From assembly GCA_964016885.1 (NCBI GenBank), contig OZ024743.1, forward strand, positions 350,114,001-350,178,000: a stretch of DNA of 64,000 nucleotides. Reading direction: 5' to 3'. Of the stretch, positions 11,659 through 25,565 are shown piece after piece (the first letter of the stretch is position 1; each line of letters opens with the position of its first letter). Origin of the DNA: Eledone cirrhosa (Eukaryota). Made by a program: the position numbers and the translations under genes. Under the pieces are notes generated by a model that was given only the letters and a program-made list of their open reading frames with translations, ran no database searches and was not told the DNA's origin.

Positions 11659-12377
11659 TCCTGATTTGATTGACTTGTGGACTAGGAGGTGCAATGTGTG
11701 AAGTAGTTTATGCATAAATATATATTTACATACTAAGCCACACACACACATATATATGCATGAATATTTACATACATATACATGTATGATGTATACACAG
11801 ACACACACACACACACACATTTTTTTTATTTTTTTGTACATACATATATATCAACCATATATGGATCCCTGAAAACAGGGCAATATTCTTTCTGTAGTAT
11901 CTTAACCATTGTTTCAGCATCCCCATGAAAGATATTGTTTTCATAAATCAATAAGTGGAAACTGCGATATCTAGCCCATGATTATAAGTGTTTTGGACTG
12001 ATTATAATTTTCTCAATTGTCTACCTCCTCAGCAGGTTTCATGTATTAATGATCGTCATTACACAGTTTTGAAGATGTTTCTTTATTAAGATTCGGGGAA
12101 TAACATAACTGTTCTATGGAGGTGTTTACTGCTAGCAATATTTTAGTTGAACATTTTAAAGCTTTTATGTTTCTAATAAGACTTTCCCAGTTACACTTTC
12201 CTCCTTCTCAACATCATCGCCTTTTACCAACTATTGTCGAAAACTGCGTGGGCCAAACGTGTTCTGAGACGACATGAACCAACAGATCATGTTTAGTTTA
12301 TGCGTTTCAATGTTGTCCTGCTTTCTACAACTGGTTGCTCTTCCTAACACACACACACACACACAACACACACACAT

Positions 12378-12417
<40 letters not shown>

Positions 12418-12420
<3 letters not shown>

Positions 12421-13076
12421 TGAAAAAATGAAATTTCATTTCTCACTCTTAGTACGGCTGATACTTAAATATAAGTATGTATACGTACATACATATATGT
12501 ATACAGACGTATACAGTATGTATATGTATATGCGTATATACATACATGCACAGATATATATATGTACGTATGGGTTTACCGAACATTTATTATAATGTTC
12601 GGTTTGTTTGTAAACAAACAGCCCGAATTAAGCCGTACGTATACATACTTATATTTAAGTATCAGCCGTACTAAGAGTGAGAAATGAAATTTCATTTTTC
12701 CCATTTATCGTTTTCGGTACGTCCGACCGACTAACTCACTCGATATGCAACTTAGGCGGCTCAGCCGTTAATATGCATAAGGAAAGTATATACTTTCAAA
12801 CGTTCAATCGACTGACAGGAAGGTATACGGTGCTGATGAGAGCTAATAAGCTAGAAACTAGTTCATCGTTCCTTTGTCAGTGTTGAACAAAAGGGCAACG
12901 ATTGTTGCCGAACACTGTACGGCTTAATTCGGGCTGTTTGGTACAAACAAACCGAACATTATAATAAATGTTCGGTAAACCCATACGTACATATATATAT
13001 ATATGTGTGCATGTATGTATATACATACTACTGTGCGTCTGTATATATATATGAATGTATGTATACATACTTATAT

Positions 13077-13085
<9 letters not shown>
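12418..13085. mobile_element. ORF-less PLE-like cassette with nested inverted repeats and a hammerhead
   Basis: 12425-12490 inverted at 12634-12700; ~12470-12637 inverted at ~12916-13075; bounded by (TA)n; the same terminal sequence recurs at 25430-25500. Confidence 0.75.
12811..12881 (+). ncRNA. Type I hammerhead ribozyme (short palindromic stem III)
   Basis: Stem I actgaca..aagg..acggtg/catcgt..cctt.tgtcagt, CTGATGA 12833-12839, agct-aata-agct stem II, GAAA 12854-12857, AACTAGTT palindrome, GUU site. Confidence 0.75.
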
Positions 13086-13119
<34 letters not shown>

Positions 13120-13948
13120 TGACTTCACACTAAGTGAAAGATTGGAGGCATTTAGCCCTTTCTCGTGCAATCTCAACTTCGCTAGGCTAGTCAACTCGTC
13201 ATTATGCGTGATGAAGGAATAACTAACTTGCTCTTGTATGGATAGCTTGATAGTAGATACAGAGATGTTTGACGGTCGTGACTGAGTTACAACGAGTAAC
13301 AAAGAGTACAAAGAGTTACAAGGATTGTATGGAGACTTGCAAATAATAGTACACCTTTTTCCATTAAATAGGGTGTATTAGAAAGATTTACCTCCTATGT
13401 TAATGGGAGGAAATTTTCTCGACTATGTAATTCAGAAAAGTGGGTTATACTTTCACAACTGGCTTCAGAGAAACACAGCTTAAATACACGCCTTGACTGC
13501 TTCAATCACTGTCAACACGTATCTAAATTCATTCTGAGAAAATTGTATAGACAGACTAATTTGAATTTCAATGAATATATTTTATTTGAATTTCAAGGAA
13601 TTTGATTTCTTTGAATTATTAACTTAGGACACGTTCCTTGTATTTTGGGTTTTTATAGATACTCCTCTTTAACCTATCCAATAATTTTGTTTATTAATAT
13701 TAATTTGAAATTACCTGCCCTTGAAGAGCTCTATTATTTTTGGAAAAAAATACTCCAATCAACCATGAGAGTAGCCATGTTTGTTTTATTTAACAGCCTG
13801 TATATGTCACTATTGTAACTAATTATATATGTATATATAAATATGTATGTAAAAGGTAAACAGAAATAACAACACACACTATATATATATAACGGTACAG
13901 TATATGGAAGGAATATATTAGGTTAATGCTTGAAATAACAGGAATAGA

Positions 13949-13985
13949 GTCTTAACGTTTCGGACGCTAGTCCTTCATCAGAAGA
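13949..13985 (-). ncRNA. Minimal hammerhead motif
   Basis: Minus strand tctt-CTGATGA-a-ggac-tagc-gtcc-GAAACGTT-aaga; palindromic AACGTT; stem I only 4 bp. Confidence 0.55.
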
Positions 13986-14397
13986 AAGAATGAGAAATAA
14001 GATAGATTCAAGGGACGGGCTGGGTGGAATTGGAAAAAATGTCTTTAGATAAAAATAACAGGTCGTGTGTGTGTGTGTCTTTATGTGTGTGTTTGTGTGT
14101 TAATGTATCGGGGGGGGGGGGGGTGAAAGTGTGAGGAGCGAAAGAATGAGAGAGAGATATTATCATCACCGTTTAATACCAAATGTTCACGCCCAGACCC
14201 GTTACAAGGCCATCTTCGCTTATACTTTCCACTAACTGTCTATGGAAAGCTAGTGTTGTTTAAGGGTTTCTTCAACTGGTAAAGTACCGTTTGTTCAGGA
14301 TACAAGTGCCATCCTCGACAAAACTGACCCCACGAATGTTTCATTTACACTTATGATTAGCTGAAATTACATGAATAAGAATTCCATTTAAACTCAC

Positions 14398-14602
14398 CTG
14401 GTATTGACAGGACTTGAATCATTCAAATGTATAGTTAATGTAACATTGGTTCCATTTTTAGTGACAGTAAAGTGGGTGCTACCTTGTTTGTTGATTTCAA
14501 AGTCATCATTCTCATTATCATTAACAAAGAGAACAGCAGTTGCAGTTTTATTTATAGTTACGTTTACAATCTGTTCACCAGAGATTTCGGGAGCAGTGTT
14601 TC
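14398..14602 (-). CDS. MUC4-like gene exon: beta-rich Ig/cadherin-like segment (NTAPEISGEQIVNVTINKTATAVLFVNDNENDDFEINKQ...)
   Basis: AAG|...|GTGAGT, 205 nt, phase 1-2, open frame joining exons 15816-16055 and 9171-9334; several NxT/S sequons. Confidence 0.8.
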
Positions 14603-15815
14603 CTTTGATAAAATAACAAATTTATTTATTTCGTAATAATAATATTTAATATAGAAAAACAATAATCAAATAGAATATAATGAATAGTGATTTTATAATT
14701 GTAATAGCATAGATCATTCTTCTACAAAAGTGCAACCCCACTTTATATATTTAGTTTCTTGCTATACACTTATGAAAGACGTCTCCGTCTCAAGAAGTAA
14801 ATATTTACTCGGTCGGATAAACACACATCACTTCAACCGTCTTAAAAATTCTAGTCTACGATACGCTCTATACTGGATACTCTAATCTAAGATACTCTAC
14901 TGAAACAAAAAATAGATATGTTTGTTGTTGAAATGTTTTTGATTATAGGCCTACTCGATTATGGTTGATTTGGGGCTAAACAACAACCTTAACAAGAAGA
15001 GCAAATATGACAACATCCCCTTCTGTTGCAAATTATACTGATTTGAAAGATATCACAACTTAAATTACCAATGATATTTAGTTCGGCATTAGTTATTAAA
15101 TAAACACAGTTTGATAATATGGTTTATTATATCAATCGTCATAAACATAATCATGAAGATCATGATTTTTATCGTCACAAATTATTTTCATCATAATCAG
15201 TGTAAAAGATTGAATTAGGTTACGCTCTATGTTAGTTCTATTTTCAGTTTCATGTAAATAATTTTCTTCGTTACTATCTACATCGGTCTGTAGAATGAGT
15301 ATACACAGAAGGGAGTGATAACGTAAATCAGTCGTTTATATGTTTTCGAAAATTTGGAGAGAGGAACACGTTGTTACATTGAGTATTCAGTACATGGTTT
15401 TTCTATCGGCTTTTATGATAGGCATTCAGTCGTTGGATCAACTGAACATCTTATTTGTGAATTCACGTGTAAGTGATTGAGTACTCCCCAGGAACGTGTG
15501 CCATTAGCATAAGTCTCAATACACGAAACGGCTAGATCTTTGAATTGCATGTATCTACAATCCAAACGATCGATTTCTAGAAAAATTCCGTCTAACCCAG
15601 GGTCTCTCACAAGACGTGGTTTCACACTGGGCTATAGTAATGACAGGAACCTCCACATTGCGACTGATATTTCTTAAACTCAGTTATTCCTGCATGAATA
15701 ATTACTATATACTTGCTAGATCTATAGACATCTAGCTGATTAGAAAACTAAATAACATAGATAGCTGAAATTGTTTTAGTCGAAAGATATTGGAGCGCAA
15801 ATTGATATGCCTTAC

Positions 15816-16055
15816 TTGCATCTGTATACTCTTCTCCAGCTTGCTTTTCAATAGTTTCACTATATTTAGCAATACTTTTATCATCAGTTGCCATATAGTC
15901 GTAAATACAACCAGTATTATTTCCTCCACATAGTTCTAAAGCGTCATCGTATTTAGGTGATGCATGATTGATGAAAAGTGGTACAAAATTTGACATATCA
16001 AAATCAGCTTCCGTCATATTATCCGGATATTGGAACAGAGAGATGTTTATAGCCC
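15816..16055 (-). CDS. MUC4-like gene exon: post-VWD Cys-containing region (W-AINISLFQYPDNMTEADF...ELCGGNNTGCIYDYMAT...)
   Basis: CCAG|...|GTAAGG, 240 nt, phase 1-1; C.....C.YD pattern typical after VWD in AMOP-VWD proteins. Confidence 0.9.
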
Positions 16056-16298
16056 CTGGAGGATAAAGAAACGTGTTAGCATTAAACGAAACAAGGTAAT
16101 ACTAAATTGGGCACGTTGTGTAATGGTACTTTTTATTTGAACATCTAATTGATTTGGAGATTCATTATTTCATTTGAATACATACTAATTGCTTGACATG
16201 AAAATATAACTGAAATCTAACAAAAGAAGTTATGTTCAGAGATCAAAGTTAGACCATTTCGAAGAAAACGTACATAGCTTACAAACAATAGAAACAAC

Positions 16299-16483
16299 TG
16301 TGGATTGGCAGTATCAGTAGAGGGTCGGACGCCATGCTTTCCAGCATAGTTACGTCCCTTTACGATCTGAGTTCAAATCCCGCCGAGGTTGACTTTGCCT
16401 TTCATCCTTACGGGGTCGATAAAATAAAGTACCAGTAATGCACTGGGTAATTGCTGGCCTTGTGCCTAAAGTAGAAACAATTA
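16299..16483 (+). mobile_element. tRNA-derived SINE, full copy
   Basis: Near identical to other copies. Confidence 0.9.
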
Positions 16484-16776
16484 TTGTTAAGAAGTAACAA
16501 AGAAAATATGTCACTAAGAAACAATTAACTATTATAGAGTGATGACAACATCCAGTCAGCTGTATAAATACGAATTTCTAAATGAGAAATTTCATATCAA
16601 ACATCGGTGATTGCTAGTTATATTCAAACAATCAGGTGTTAGGTAACGTTTGTCCAGTACATTTGCACTTGAGATATGTAATAAAATCGTCGATAATCAA
16701 TGTAGCCTGTTATAGGATGTAAAGACAACTGGTGAGCAAAATATCCAAATAAACTGAATATAATTGTGATACTTAC

Positions 16777-16980
16777 AGAGTTTTCCAAAGTTGTAAAAAA
16801 TATCACTCTCACTAGAATTTGCTAGTAATACAGTCCCATCCGGTTTCATGAGATCATCATTCCTGTCATCATTAAATACTCCCATAAGTCCTCGTGTTGT
16901 TACATGAGTCTTTAAATTGTGTGGTAAACTCACTGTCGCAGAAAGCATGCGAATACCAACAGATACTGTTACGCCAATAC
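16777..16980 (-). CDS. MUC4-like gene exon: VWD C-terminal part (GIGVTVSVG...TRGLMGVFNDDRNDDLMKPDG...FYNFGKL)
   Basis: CTAG|...|GTAAGT, 204 nt, phase 1-1; T.GL.G.FN...DD VWD motif. Confidence 0.92.
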
Positions 16981-18327
16981 CTAGAAAATGAGAATAATAA
17001 ATTAGCATTATTGATTTTTTTTTTTAATGATTTTTTACTATTTAGATAATTATGGAAGAGTAGTGTCCATTACTCTTTTGATGGAACTAACACTGGAATA
17101 GGTAACCCCCAAAGCCAGAGATCTGGTTCCAAAATTTGGAACAGCGTGAAGTCCAATAAAGACACTCAAGAGTGAAGTGGTTGTTTTAAACAAAGCGACA
17201 GATTAGGTCTACTCCCTAAGTTAATTACAGTGGTGTTAGAACTAAAACGTAAACAGCCGTAACAAATACCACTATCAACTGGTTCTGAATTTAAAATGAT
17301 TCATTAAATTATAAAATATGATATCTTCATGCTATTTTTATAATCAACATCATAATGTATTTCATTACATGAGAATTTTTAATATAACTGTATAACATCT
17401 AAATAAATTTGAAGATAAACTGCGATAACCTTGTGATCGGAGGTATAACTCTTACTTGATGGATAAGGATGTTTTGCTCAAGATTGTAAGATCTTAAGAT
17501 CTTATAATCTTATGATTATTTCACGTTATTCCAGTTCATTCAACTGGGAAAAAATCAGTTGCATATATGATTCAAAGGGCCAGCTTGTCGAACAGTGTTT
17601 CACTCTGAATCTCCTTGAATTTTCTTTTATCAAATCATATTCTTTGTCAACTCATAGTTTCCTCGATGCTCACATACAAATATATATAACCAACTATTCT
17701 ATTCACACGTATACGTACACAACACAACACGTTTGTTGAAGTGCTTTACCTATTATCATGGGTGTACAATAATCTAAAATGTTATATATATATATGTAAT
17801 CTACAACCTAAATGATAGTTTTGTATTATTATTCTACTAGTCTGTTATAGATTGACATTGTAATGTTACATAAAGAACATTTTAATTTCTTTTTATCAGC
17901 ACAAAATTACTGTCAAATATGACTAAGAATTGCGGCAGAGTAACATCATAAATACGTTCTACATAAATCAGTCTCCTTCAAAAATGCAACCTGCAATTAA
18001 CTTTTAGTATTATATTTTCATGTTTAAATGGAATGTTACTTTTAGTAAAGCAATATTAACACGTTAGCATATCTGTTAAAGAGGTTGATGCCTGCAATGT
18101 TAATATATGAAGAACAAGGTATACCCTGGAAGAGATTTATCTTTCATTCGTTGTTTTGGAAATAATTCCAGGCATTTATTCACTTTTCTGTTCTTGTTAA
18201 AATTTAGATATCACTAACTTTCGATCATTGTATTAAAACGAATGAGGGGGGGGGGGGGGGGGGGGAATTAAAAAATTTTAATCCACCTAATAAAATTATA
18301 GTTAAGATTCATACTAAACGATCTTAC

Positions 18328-18471
18328 CAGAGTTAAAATTAAAAGACACCGACTGATTTTTTCTGCCGTCAGTGTTTCGAGTAAGAATCAGGTCGATGTC
18401 CAGTAACTTATAGTCCGTTTTGGCTTGGAAGTCTGTAGATTTATTAATACCTTTGTGATAGATGATCAAAG
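18328..18471 (-). CDS. MUC4-like gene exon: VWD middle part (LIIYHKGINKSTDFQAKTDYKLLDIDLILTRNTDGRKNQSVSFNFNS)
   Basis: TTTCAG|...|GTAAGA, 144 nt, phase 1-1, open frame bridging the two VWD exons. Confidence 0.85.
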
Positions 18472-19020
18472 CTGAAATAGAGAAGAGAAATGTTATACAG
18501 GAATAATGCTGCTTTGTAAGCAGTTTGCCTAAAACAAAAGAACTCCTCAGTAATTTAAGGCTATCAGAACTATAATTACGTTCCTAGATAGAGTGCGTAG
18601 AGAAAGTTGCTCCAAGTAGAGCCACGACCTCTCTGCACCAAGAGATCACAGCTCCGATACTTAAAGGCATGTGGAAAGAATCCCAGGGCAGATTTATGGG
18701 CAACGCCAACCGGCACGTGACACAGTGAATGAAAAGAGAAATATGTTTGGATAACATCCGTAACCTCCTTTAGTTTCGCTTAGGGATACAGCAGTATTAT
18801 TTGAATGTGGTTGCTTTTGAAAAGACCGCCTGAATGACGTGTCATAAGACTCTGTCCCCATGGCCCCCACCCCAGGTACGAGATATGTCTAAAATTCAGC
18901 GTAGAATGATAAATTTCTGTGTGAACCTAAATAAATAGCCAGAATTTATTCATTTTAAAACTGCTATTAGCATATCGATTGTGCATATTCAATGAAATTA
19001 AAATGCGGTCATATACTTAC

Positions 19021-19275
19021 TTTCTTCGTCGGAAGCCAACTCAACCTGTGCAGAAACATTAGTCGTGAAATCCTTCATTGCAAAAGCTGAAAAGATTGTG
19101 GCGTTGATCAGTGTACCATTGTTGTTCTTTGCCTGACTAGTCCTTGCCTGAAGTTCTATCATAGTTTCTTGTGAGGTGTTATTAAGTATTCGAAGAAAAA
19201 TATATTCACCCCAACCATTAAATGAATATTGCAGGCCATCTAGCGTTTGAATATGAGGGTCTCCAAACATCCAAG
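19021..19275 (-). CDS. MUC4-like gene exon: VWD N-terminal part with GDPH motif (AWMFGDPHIQTLDGLQYSFNGWGEY...)
   Basis: GGCAG|...|GTAAGT, 255 nt, phase 1-1; canonical FGDPH..T.DG..Y.FNG.GEY VWD start. Confidence 0.95.
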
Positions 19276-20664
19276 CTGCCAATATATTAAAAGCAATAAT
19301 ATTTAAATTAACAAAAAAAATGTTGTTCAATTAATATGAAATTAATAGGAATTATTCATAATAGATTTTATACTTTCGATCTTATGTATATTTGTGTACA
19401 ACGATGAACAAATTAATTAGAACTGACCATAACCTTGTCAATTAATGTGTGTGGAATTTCTATGTTGAGTGTTTTTTAAGGAAATATCAATACATTGAAC
19501 ACATTTAAATGTCATTGAATGATGGATTATCAAAATAATGTTACATAAAATATTAACTGCTGGTTACCTTATTTCTAATTCAGACATCTTGCATAAAGAA
19601 TGTTAGAGAATTATTCATATTTGTAATCTACCTAATTAGCTAAAAAATATTTAACAATATCTGACATGAAGATTCATAGAATGTTAGCGTCTTTCCACTT
19701 ACTAGACTTAATTATATTGACCGTTAATATGTCAAAAGTGATATATTTGAAAAACAAGGATATGAGCTGCAGCCATGAAATGAATAATGCTGATGTCTAT
19801 TTATGTTCCTGTAATATCCATCTTTAACATAATACTTGTAAAGACCTAACTGGTATGGATGGATTGATGAACTGTTTTAGATTATAGGCGTAGAGTAATT
19901 TTGAAGTGCAGCATTATATATATTCTTTCCTAATATATTTAATATGTAGACTGAATTATAAATAAGTTATAAATTCCTTAATGTAAAACTTTTGGTTATC
20001 TAAAAGATCATTCAAATGAATTAAAATCTCGTAACAACAAGGCTGAATATGACATGTGTAGAAAGAATGATTTGTGAAGGATGTGACGAAGTATGAATAC
20101 AATTTGTCATAGAGTTTTCTGTTATATTTATAACCAATTTTTTAAATAAGAAAATGATTCAGTACCAAATGCGGTCGGATAAAAACACACTAAAATTTCG
20201 TGTAAAGAGGTTCCTTTAAAAACATTTCAATCAAAGTCCCAAATAAAGATATAGTTCATAACCATCGCATGGAAATTAAGCAGATGTATATAACTGGAGA
20301 TATTAAGTAAACAGTTGGCTTCATATATGCATTGTATCACCTGTGGGTTTCATTTCAATAAATATTCTATTATCTCTACAAATCTCTAACTAGATATTTC
20401 AAATAAGCTAATAAGAATATTTAGTAGCATTGTACAATGGGGGTAGTGTCAATATTGTATTGTATAATGACACAATTACTACACATACCAAGAAAGCAAC
20501 ACCGTAACTAAGAATAACATAAATAACATGTGACTAAATATATTAAGCTTGCTGTAAATGTTTCGCCTCACCAATTCTTCGGACAATCTTACATCCTGAA
20601 TACAGACAACGCAATATTATATTTTTCAGGATAAGAAAACACTTTCGCCCCCCAAAACTACCAA

Positions 20665-21584
20665 TCTATATATATAAAACTGTGGTTGTCTGTCTGTCTA
20701 TCGATTTTCGGCACACATCTCCTCTTAGAATCTCTCACGGAATTGCACCGAAATTGCTATACTTGTACATTGAGCCCTAGCGAAGACATCGGAAAAAAAA
20801 AAATTTCAAATTGACCCACCCTATGTGACGAAATCGAATATAATGTATCGATTTTTGAGCGTAAGTGATCAGTTATTTCCCTTTGTTCTGTTTACATTGA
20901 GCGTCTTACGTAAAAAATTATGCTGGCTTTCTCAGCGTTTCGAGCCAGCAAAATATTGACCTGCAAAATTCATCAGTTCGAACACTAAGCTTCCGTTTTG
21001 CTTCATTTCCATTTAAAAGCATTTTAAAACAATATTTTTACTTGAAAACAAGTCTATTTAAAGACTACATAAAACAAGCAAATATTTCGTCGTTAGGCGT
21101 GCAGACAGACAGTCGTGCAGACAGACAGACAGTCGTGCAGAGAGGTGATATAGGCGTGCAGACAGACAGTCGTGCAGAGAGGTGATATAGGCGTGCAGAC
21201 AGACAGTCGTGCAGAGAGGTGATATAGGCGTGCAGACAGACAGTCGTGCAGAGAGGTGATATAGGCGTGCAGACAGACATAACTGATAATTTGGTTACGC
21301 TAATGTTTTTCTCTGTGTTGCAGTGTTTACATTTTCGATCTTTGTTAATAAATAACCAGTGCAGATTCTATCCCCAGCATCCTCTTTTGTTATAACATTC
21401 GGGTTATCGTTATGTTTTCTTAACTTCATAAGGCATATTGTTGGTTGAGGGAATATTAATCAAAAACACCACATGCAAGTCTGCACAGTAGACACTACAG
21501 TTTTTAAGCCAAGAAAGAAACTTAACATTGTAACTTTAACACAGCTACTGAGCGACCCCGAGCAACGCCGGGCTTTACTGCTAG
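20665..21584 (+). mobile_element. Non-autonomous Helitron carrying a minisatellite
   Basis: Inserted between A and T; starts TCTATATATATAAAA; ends with hairpin cccgagcaacgccggg and CTAG. Confidence 0.85.
21095..21279. repeat. 37-bp minisatellite, ~5 copies, inside the Helitron
   Basis: Unit aggcgtgcagacagacagtcgtgcagagaggtgatat. Confidence 0.9.
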
Positions 21585-21738
21585 TCCATTATAAACCTGA
21601 GGTTAAAACCAAATTTGAATATTGTCTTTATATCTGGCACTTCAAATTCCACACTTCTGGAATCCTATCATCATCCAATTTTAACCATTCCCTGGTTACA
21701 GTCGCTTCCTGAAATAAAAATCATAAATAGCTACTTAC

Positions 21739-21934
21739 CGCTGAAGGGGAACCTGTAACCCTGACAATTGTTTCTTGGTCTTCTTAGCCGGTAAAGATTA
21801 CACATAGAATTTTGGAAACAACAATTAATTTCTGGCTGTTCATCATACTGTTTCCACTTTTGTGGATTGAAAAAGAAGTTGTACTCTTGATGGACACCAT
21901 TCGAAAGCTGCTTCCCATAAGAGTAACAACATTT
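21739..21934 (-). CDS. MUC4-like gene exon: AMOP C-terminal part (KCCYSYGKQ...YDEQPEINCCFQNSMCNLYRLRRPRNNCQGYRFPFS)
   Basis: CTCAG|...|GTAAGT, 196 nt, phase 0-1; CCY and CC...C..Y..RRP...C..Y AMOP motifs. Confidence 0.93.
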
Positions 21935-22095
21935 CTGAGGAAAGAAAGAATATATTTTATTGTAAATATCAGCAAAGTCCGCAACCATGTGTTTCGAAAA
22001 AATAGATAATGAACGTTTTAGTTAATATAAGTGATCCAAATCACAATCACTTGATATATAAACGAAATATTTCTCAAACATTATATACTCTCTTC

Positions 22096-22277
22096 GGTGG
22101 ATTGGCAGTATCGGTAGAGGGTCGGACGCCATGTTTGAAGCATAGAGTTATCTCCCTTTATGATCTGAGTTCAAATACCGCCGAGGTTAACTTTGCCTTT
22201 CATCCTTATGGAGTCGATAAAATAAAGTAAAGTAATGCACTGGGATAATTGCTGGCCTTGTGCCAAAAGTAGAAACA
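22096..22277 (+). mobile_element. tRNA-derived SINE, more diverged copy
   Basis: Same A/B boxes and body; flanked by actctct duplication. Confidence 0.85.
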
Positions 22278-22880
22278 ACTCTCTGATAATATGGTCCATC
22301 TATCTTCAGATTTTTGTATTTGCATTAACAAATTCTTGGTGTAAAATCGAATGTTGTATCAGATATCTAAAGTCTTTTCATTTCTAGAAATCTTTTGAGG
22401 AACTCATATCTCGTTTTGGAAAAAGTTATGTTGCACGTACATACATACACAGATACATATATAATAAATGCATACAGCCATGCATACATATATGAATAAA
22501 TGAATTCATACATAAATTATTACATATATATCAATGCGATGAATCGTACATATTGGCGTGGGAGACTATTCATTAAATTTAAGATGAATACTATTTCAGA
22601 CAGTAATTCCACATGTACCATCCATGTTGAATAATTGGATATTCTTGTAATTATATCCACTGTAGACACCTTTTATTCGAATTCGTAGAGATATCCAACA
22701 ACTGACTAAATTTCTTTTTACAAGGATTTGCTACAAACAGCATGGTTGAACACAACATCAATAACATTAGTGATGTACAGTAGCAAAACAACAACGAGAA
22801 AGGTAAACAAAATTTCTTTAGTTGTAGCTACAGAAGGAACCGAAATTATAATGGCGTTTCTCTTGGAGTTACAAACTTAA

Positions 22881-23068
22881 TAATTGTTTCTACTTTAGGC
22901 ACAAGGCCAGCAATTACCCAATACATTACTGGTACTTTATTTTATCGACCCCGTAAGGATGAAAGGCAAAGTTGACCTCGGCTGGATTTGAACTCAGACT
23001 GTAAAGGGACGTAACTATGCTAGAAAGCATGGCGTCCGACCCTCTACCGATACTGCCAATCCACCGCC
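22881..23068 (-). mobile_element. tRNA-derived SINE, full copy
   Basis: Reverse complement of the SINE; TSD agttacaaacttaataat. Confidence 0.9.
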
Positions 23069-23109
23069 CTATTTAAGTTACAAACTTAATAATGATTTAT
23101 TTAATTGTT

Positions 23110-24730
23110 ATAAAATGGCACAAAAAAAGAAAATCCCTCCGTTGGCTATATGAATAGAATGAAGCTATACTGGGAAGAAATACATCTAGAACTAAAACAC
23201 TTCACAGCTAAACAATTACACCAACAAGCAACGTTTGTTAAATGTAAAAATAACATGAACATTATTCATTGTAAGTCTCCCACATCAAACATGCAATCAA
23301 AATCAAGTGCTACAAACCGCCATGTTACTAGATTTTCCAGCAGCCAGGCTAAACATAAAAAGTCAACAATACACAAATAGTCCCTCGAAACAACTAACCC
23401 GGTAAGAAATTTGACACCACGTTTATCAACTAATTCTACATCGATTGTTGTGGAAAACACTGTTAATAATAATACATCTGCCATTAACTGAGAAAATCAA
23501 GAGTATAAACAAATGAAATATACCCCCAACAAAACTTTCCGGTGAGAAATTAATTCATTTATAAACATTTCTCTCGCGGAACGTAATAAAATAACAATAC
23601 TAAACAAAATGAAAATTAAACCAGACAATAAAATCCTGCGTGCTATTGATGAAATTGGGGATGAATATTTACGACGAATTAAAATTGCTACTTTTGGCAA
23701 ATCAACGTCTGTTCATATGCCCTGGCAACGAGAGTGAAACATTATCTTGATGATAACAGTGATGTTAAAAAAACTAAACACCACCAAAAACACCATCATA
23801 TATTACTAAAATAAAAAAAAAAGACTGCTGACCCATAGAAAAGTATAGAATGCAAACTAAACAAAAATACTACACTCCTCGCCGAGAAAGAGTGAAAAGT
23901 AAAATAGAAACGATGTTTGGAGATAGTACAACCGGAACTCTTCAATACAAGCTGATCAATCTTATACAAGAATTGAGAGCTGTCAGCGAGAAAGTTCGAT
24001 ATTAGAAGAGGGTGACTGAAAGAAAAAATAATTAATAAACGTTTCAGCCGAAACCATATGTCAGTCTATAGAGATATGACGGGAAAAGTAATATCACTGA
24101 GGCCCCATCTCAGAAAGACAGATTCACAAAAGAGATAGGGATGCAGGCAAAACACCTAAATGTGACAACAAATGCACATACTGCAGAATTAACATCGAAG
24201 ATGTCATTCATGTCATAAGCAGCTGTCCAAAGATGTCATCACGGTACTATCTACCTATGAGGCATGATGTAATGGCTAAAACACTATACAATGCAATCCA
24301 TAGAAAAGATGGACCTGACATTAAACATATTAAAAGTTACAGAAATGTGGAAGGCATATACATACTATGGAAGAGTACTGGTGGAATTTTCCAATCAAAT
24401 CCCCCCATTAAAGGCAAGCATGACAGATAAAATGATTTGGGACAGAGAAAAGAAGGCATGCACAGTAGTGGAAGGCAGCTGCCCAGCAAATGCCCATATA
24501 ATATTAAAGATTAGCGAAAAGGAGAATATCTAAGCAGAACTATTGAGGAATCTGCAGATACTCCACCCTGATTTATAACTGTGATTATTGAGGCTCTGTG
24601 ATATGCTACCAACTGCCTCAATACAAATTGTGAAAAGCTGGGCTTCATAGAACTAGAAATACATTAGTTAGGAAGTTACAAATACAATCCAGGAACTGTA
24701 AAAATATGTAAAACATTCCAAAGATTTTGC
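23110..24730 (+). mobile_element. Highly degenerate, internally deleted R4/Dong-type non-LTR retrotransposon
   Basis: Fragments HVISSCPKMSSRYYLPMRHDVMAK (zinc knuckle/RHD motif) and DKMIWDREKKACTVVEGSCPAN (RLE); frameshifts and stops; 5' boundary uncertain. Confidence 0.65.
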
Positions 24731-25170
24731 ATATGCATAGTCAACTCAAGACCTGTACATTCACACATACATTAATATCCATAACTACCTGCACACACAA
24801 GCACGCATGCAGATATGCAGACATATTTATCTAGTTCATGTTGTCTAAAGTCCAATGAAAGAGTCTCGTGTCTATGGTATTAATCATATCTCTCTCTCTC
24901 TCCCTCTCTTGGTAAAAGAATTTAAAATTATGAAGCCAGAAAAATAAGTAATTGTAACCGACTCCTGATTGACATTTCACGTATTCTACAGTTGAATTCC
25001 AATCATGAAGCCAATTCATACTTTATGAATATTTTACAGTATGGTATATACCACCCATTGTCGGCAAAAAGGTTGACTATTCAGCATTTGGTTTATGTAA
25101 ACATAAACAAGCATATCTGCCTGCATAATTGCAAACGAATCGAAAATTATTATTAATATTCGATATATAT

Positions 25171-25364
25171 GGCGGTGGATTGGCACTATCAGTAGAGGGT
25201 CGGTCACCATGCTTTGACGCATAGAGTTACGGCCCTTGCCATTCTGAGTTCGAATCCTACCGAGGTTAACTTTGCCTTTCATCCTTACGGGGTCGATAAA
25301 ATAAAGTACCAGTAATGCACTGGGTAATTGCTGGCCTTGTGCCAAAACAAAAGTAGAAACAATT
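25171..25364 (+). mobile_element. tRNA-derived SINE, diverged copy
   Basis: Same body as other copies. Confidence 0.85.
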
Positions 25365-25524
25365 ATTTATATTCGAAAAATTCAGTTTACATTTGTAATA
25401 TATATATATATATATATATGAAAAAGAATGAAACGAAATTTCATTTCTCACTCTTAGTACGGCTGATACTTAATTATAAGTATGTATACGTACATACATA
25501 TATGCATGTATACATACTTATATT

Positions 25525-25565
<41 letters not shown>

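Noticed and set aside
21095-21279. 37-bp repeats of CRISPR-like length
   Set aside because: Head-to-tail with no unique spacers, inside a Helitron, eukaryotic context, no cas genes
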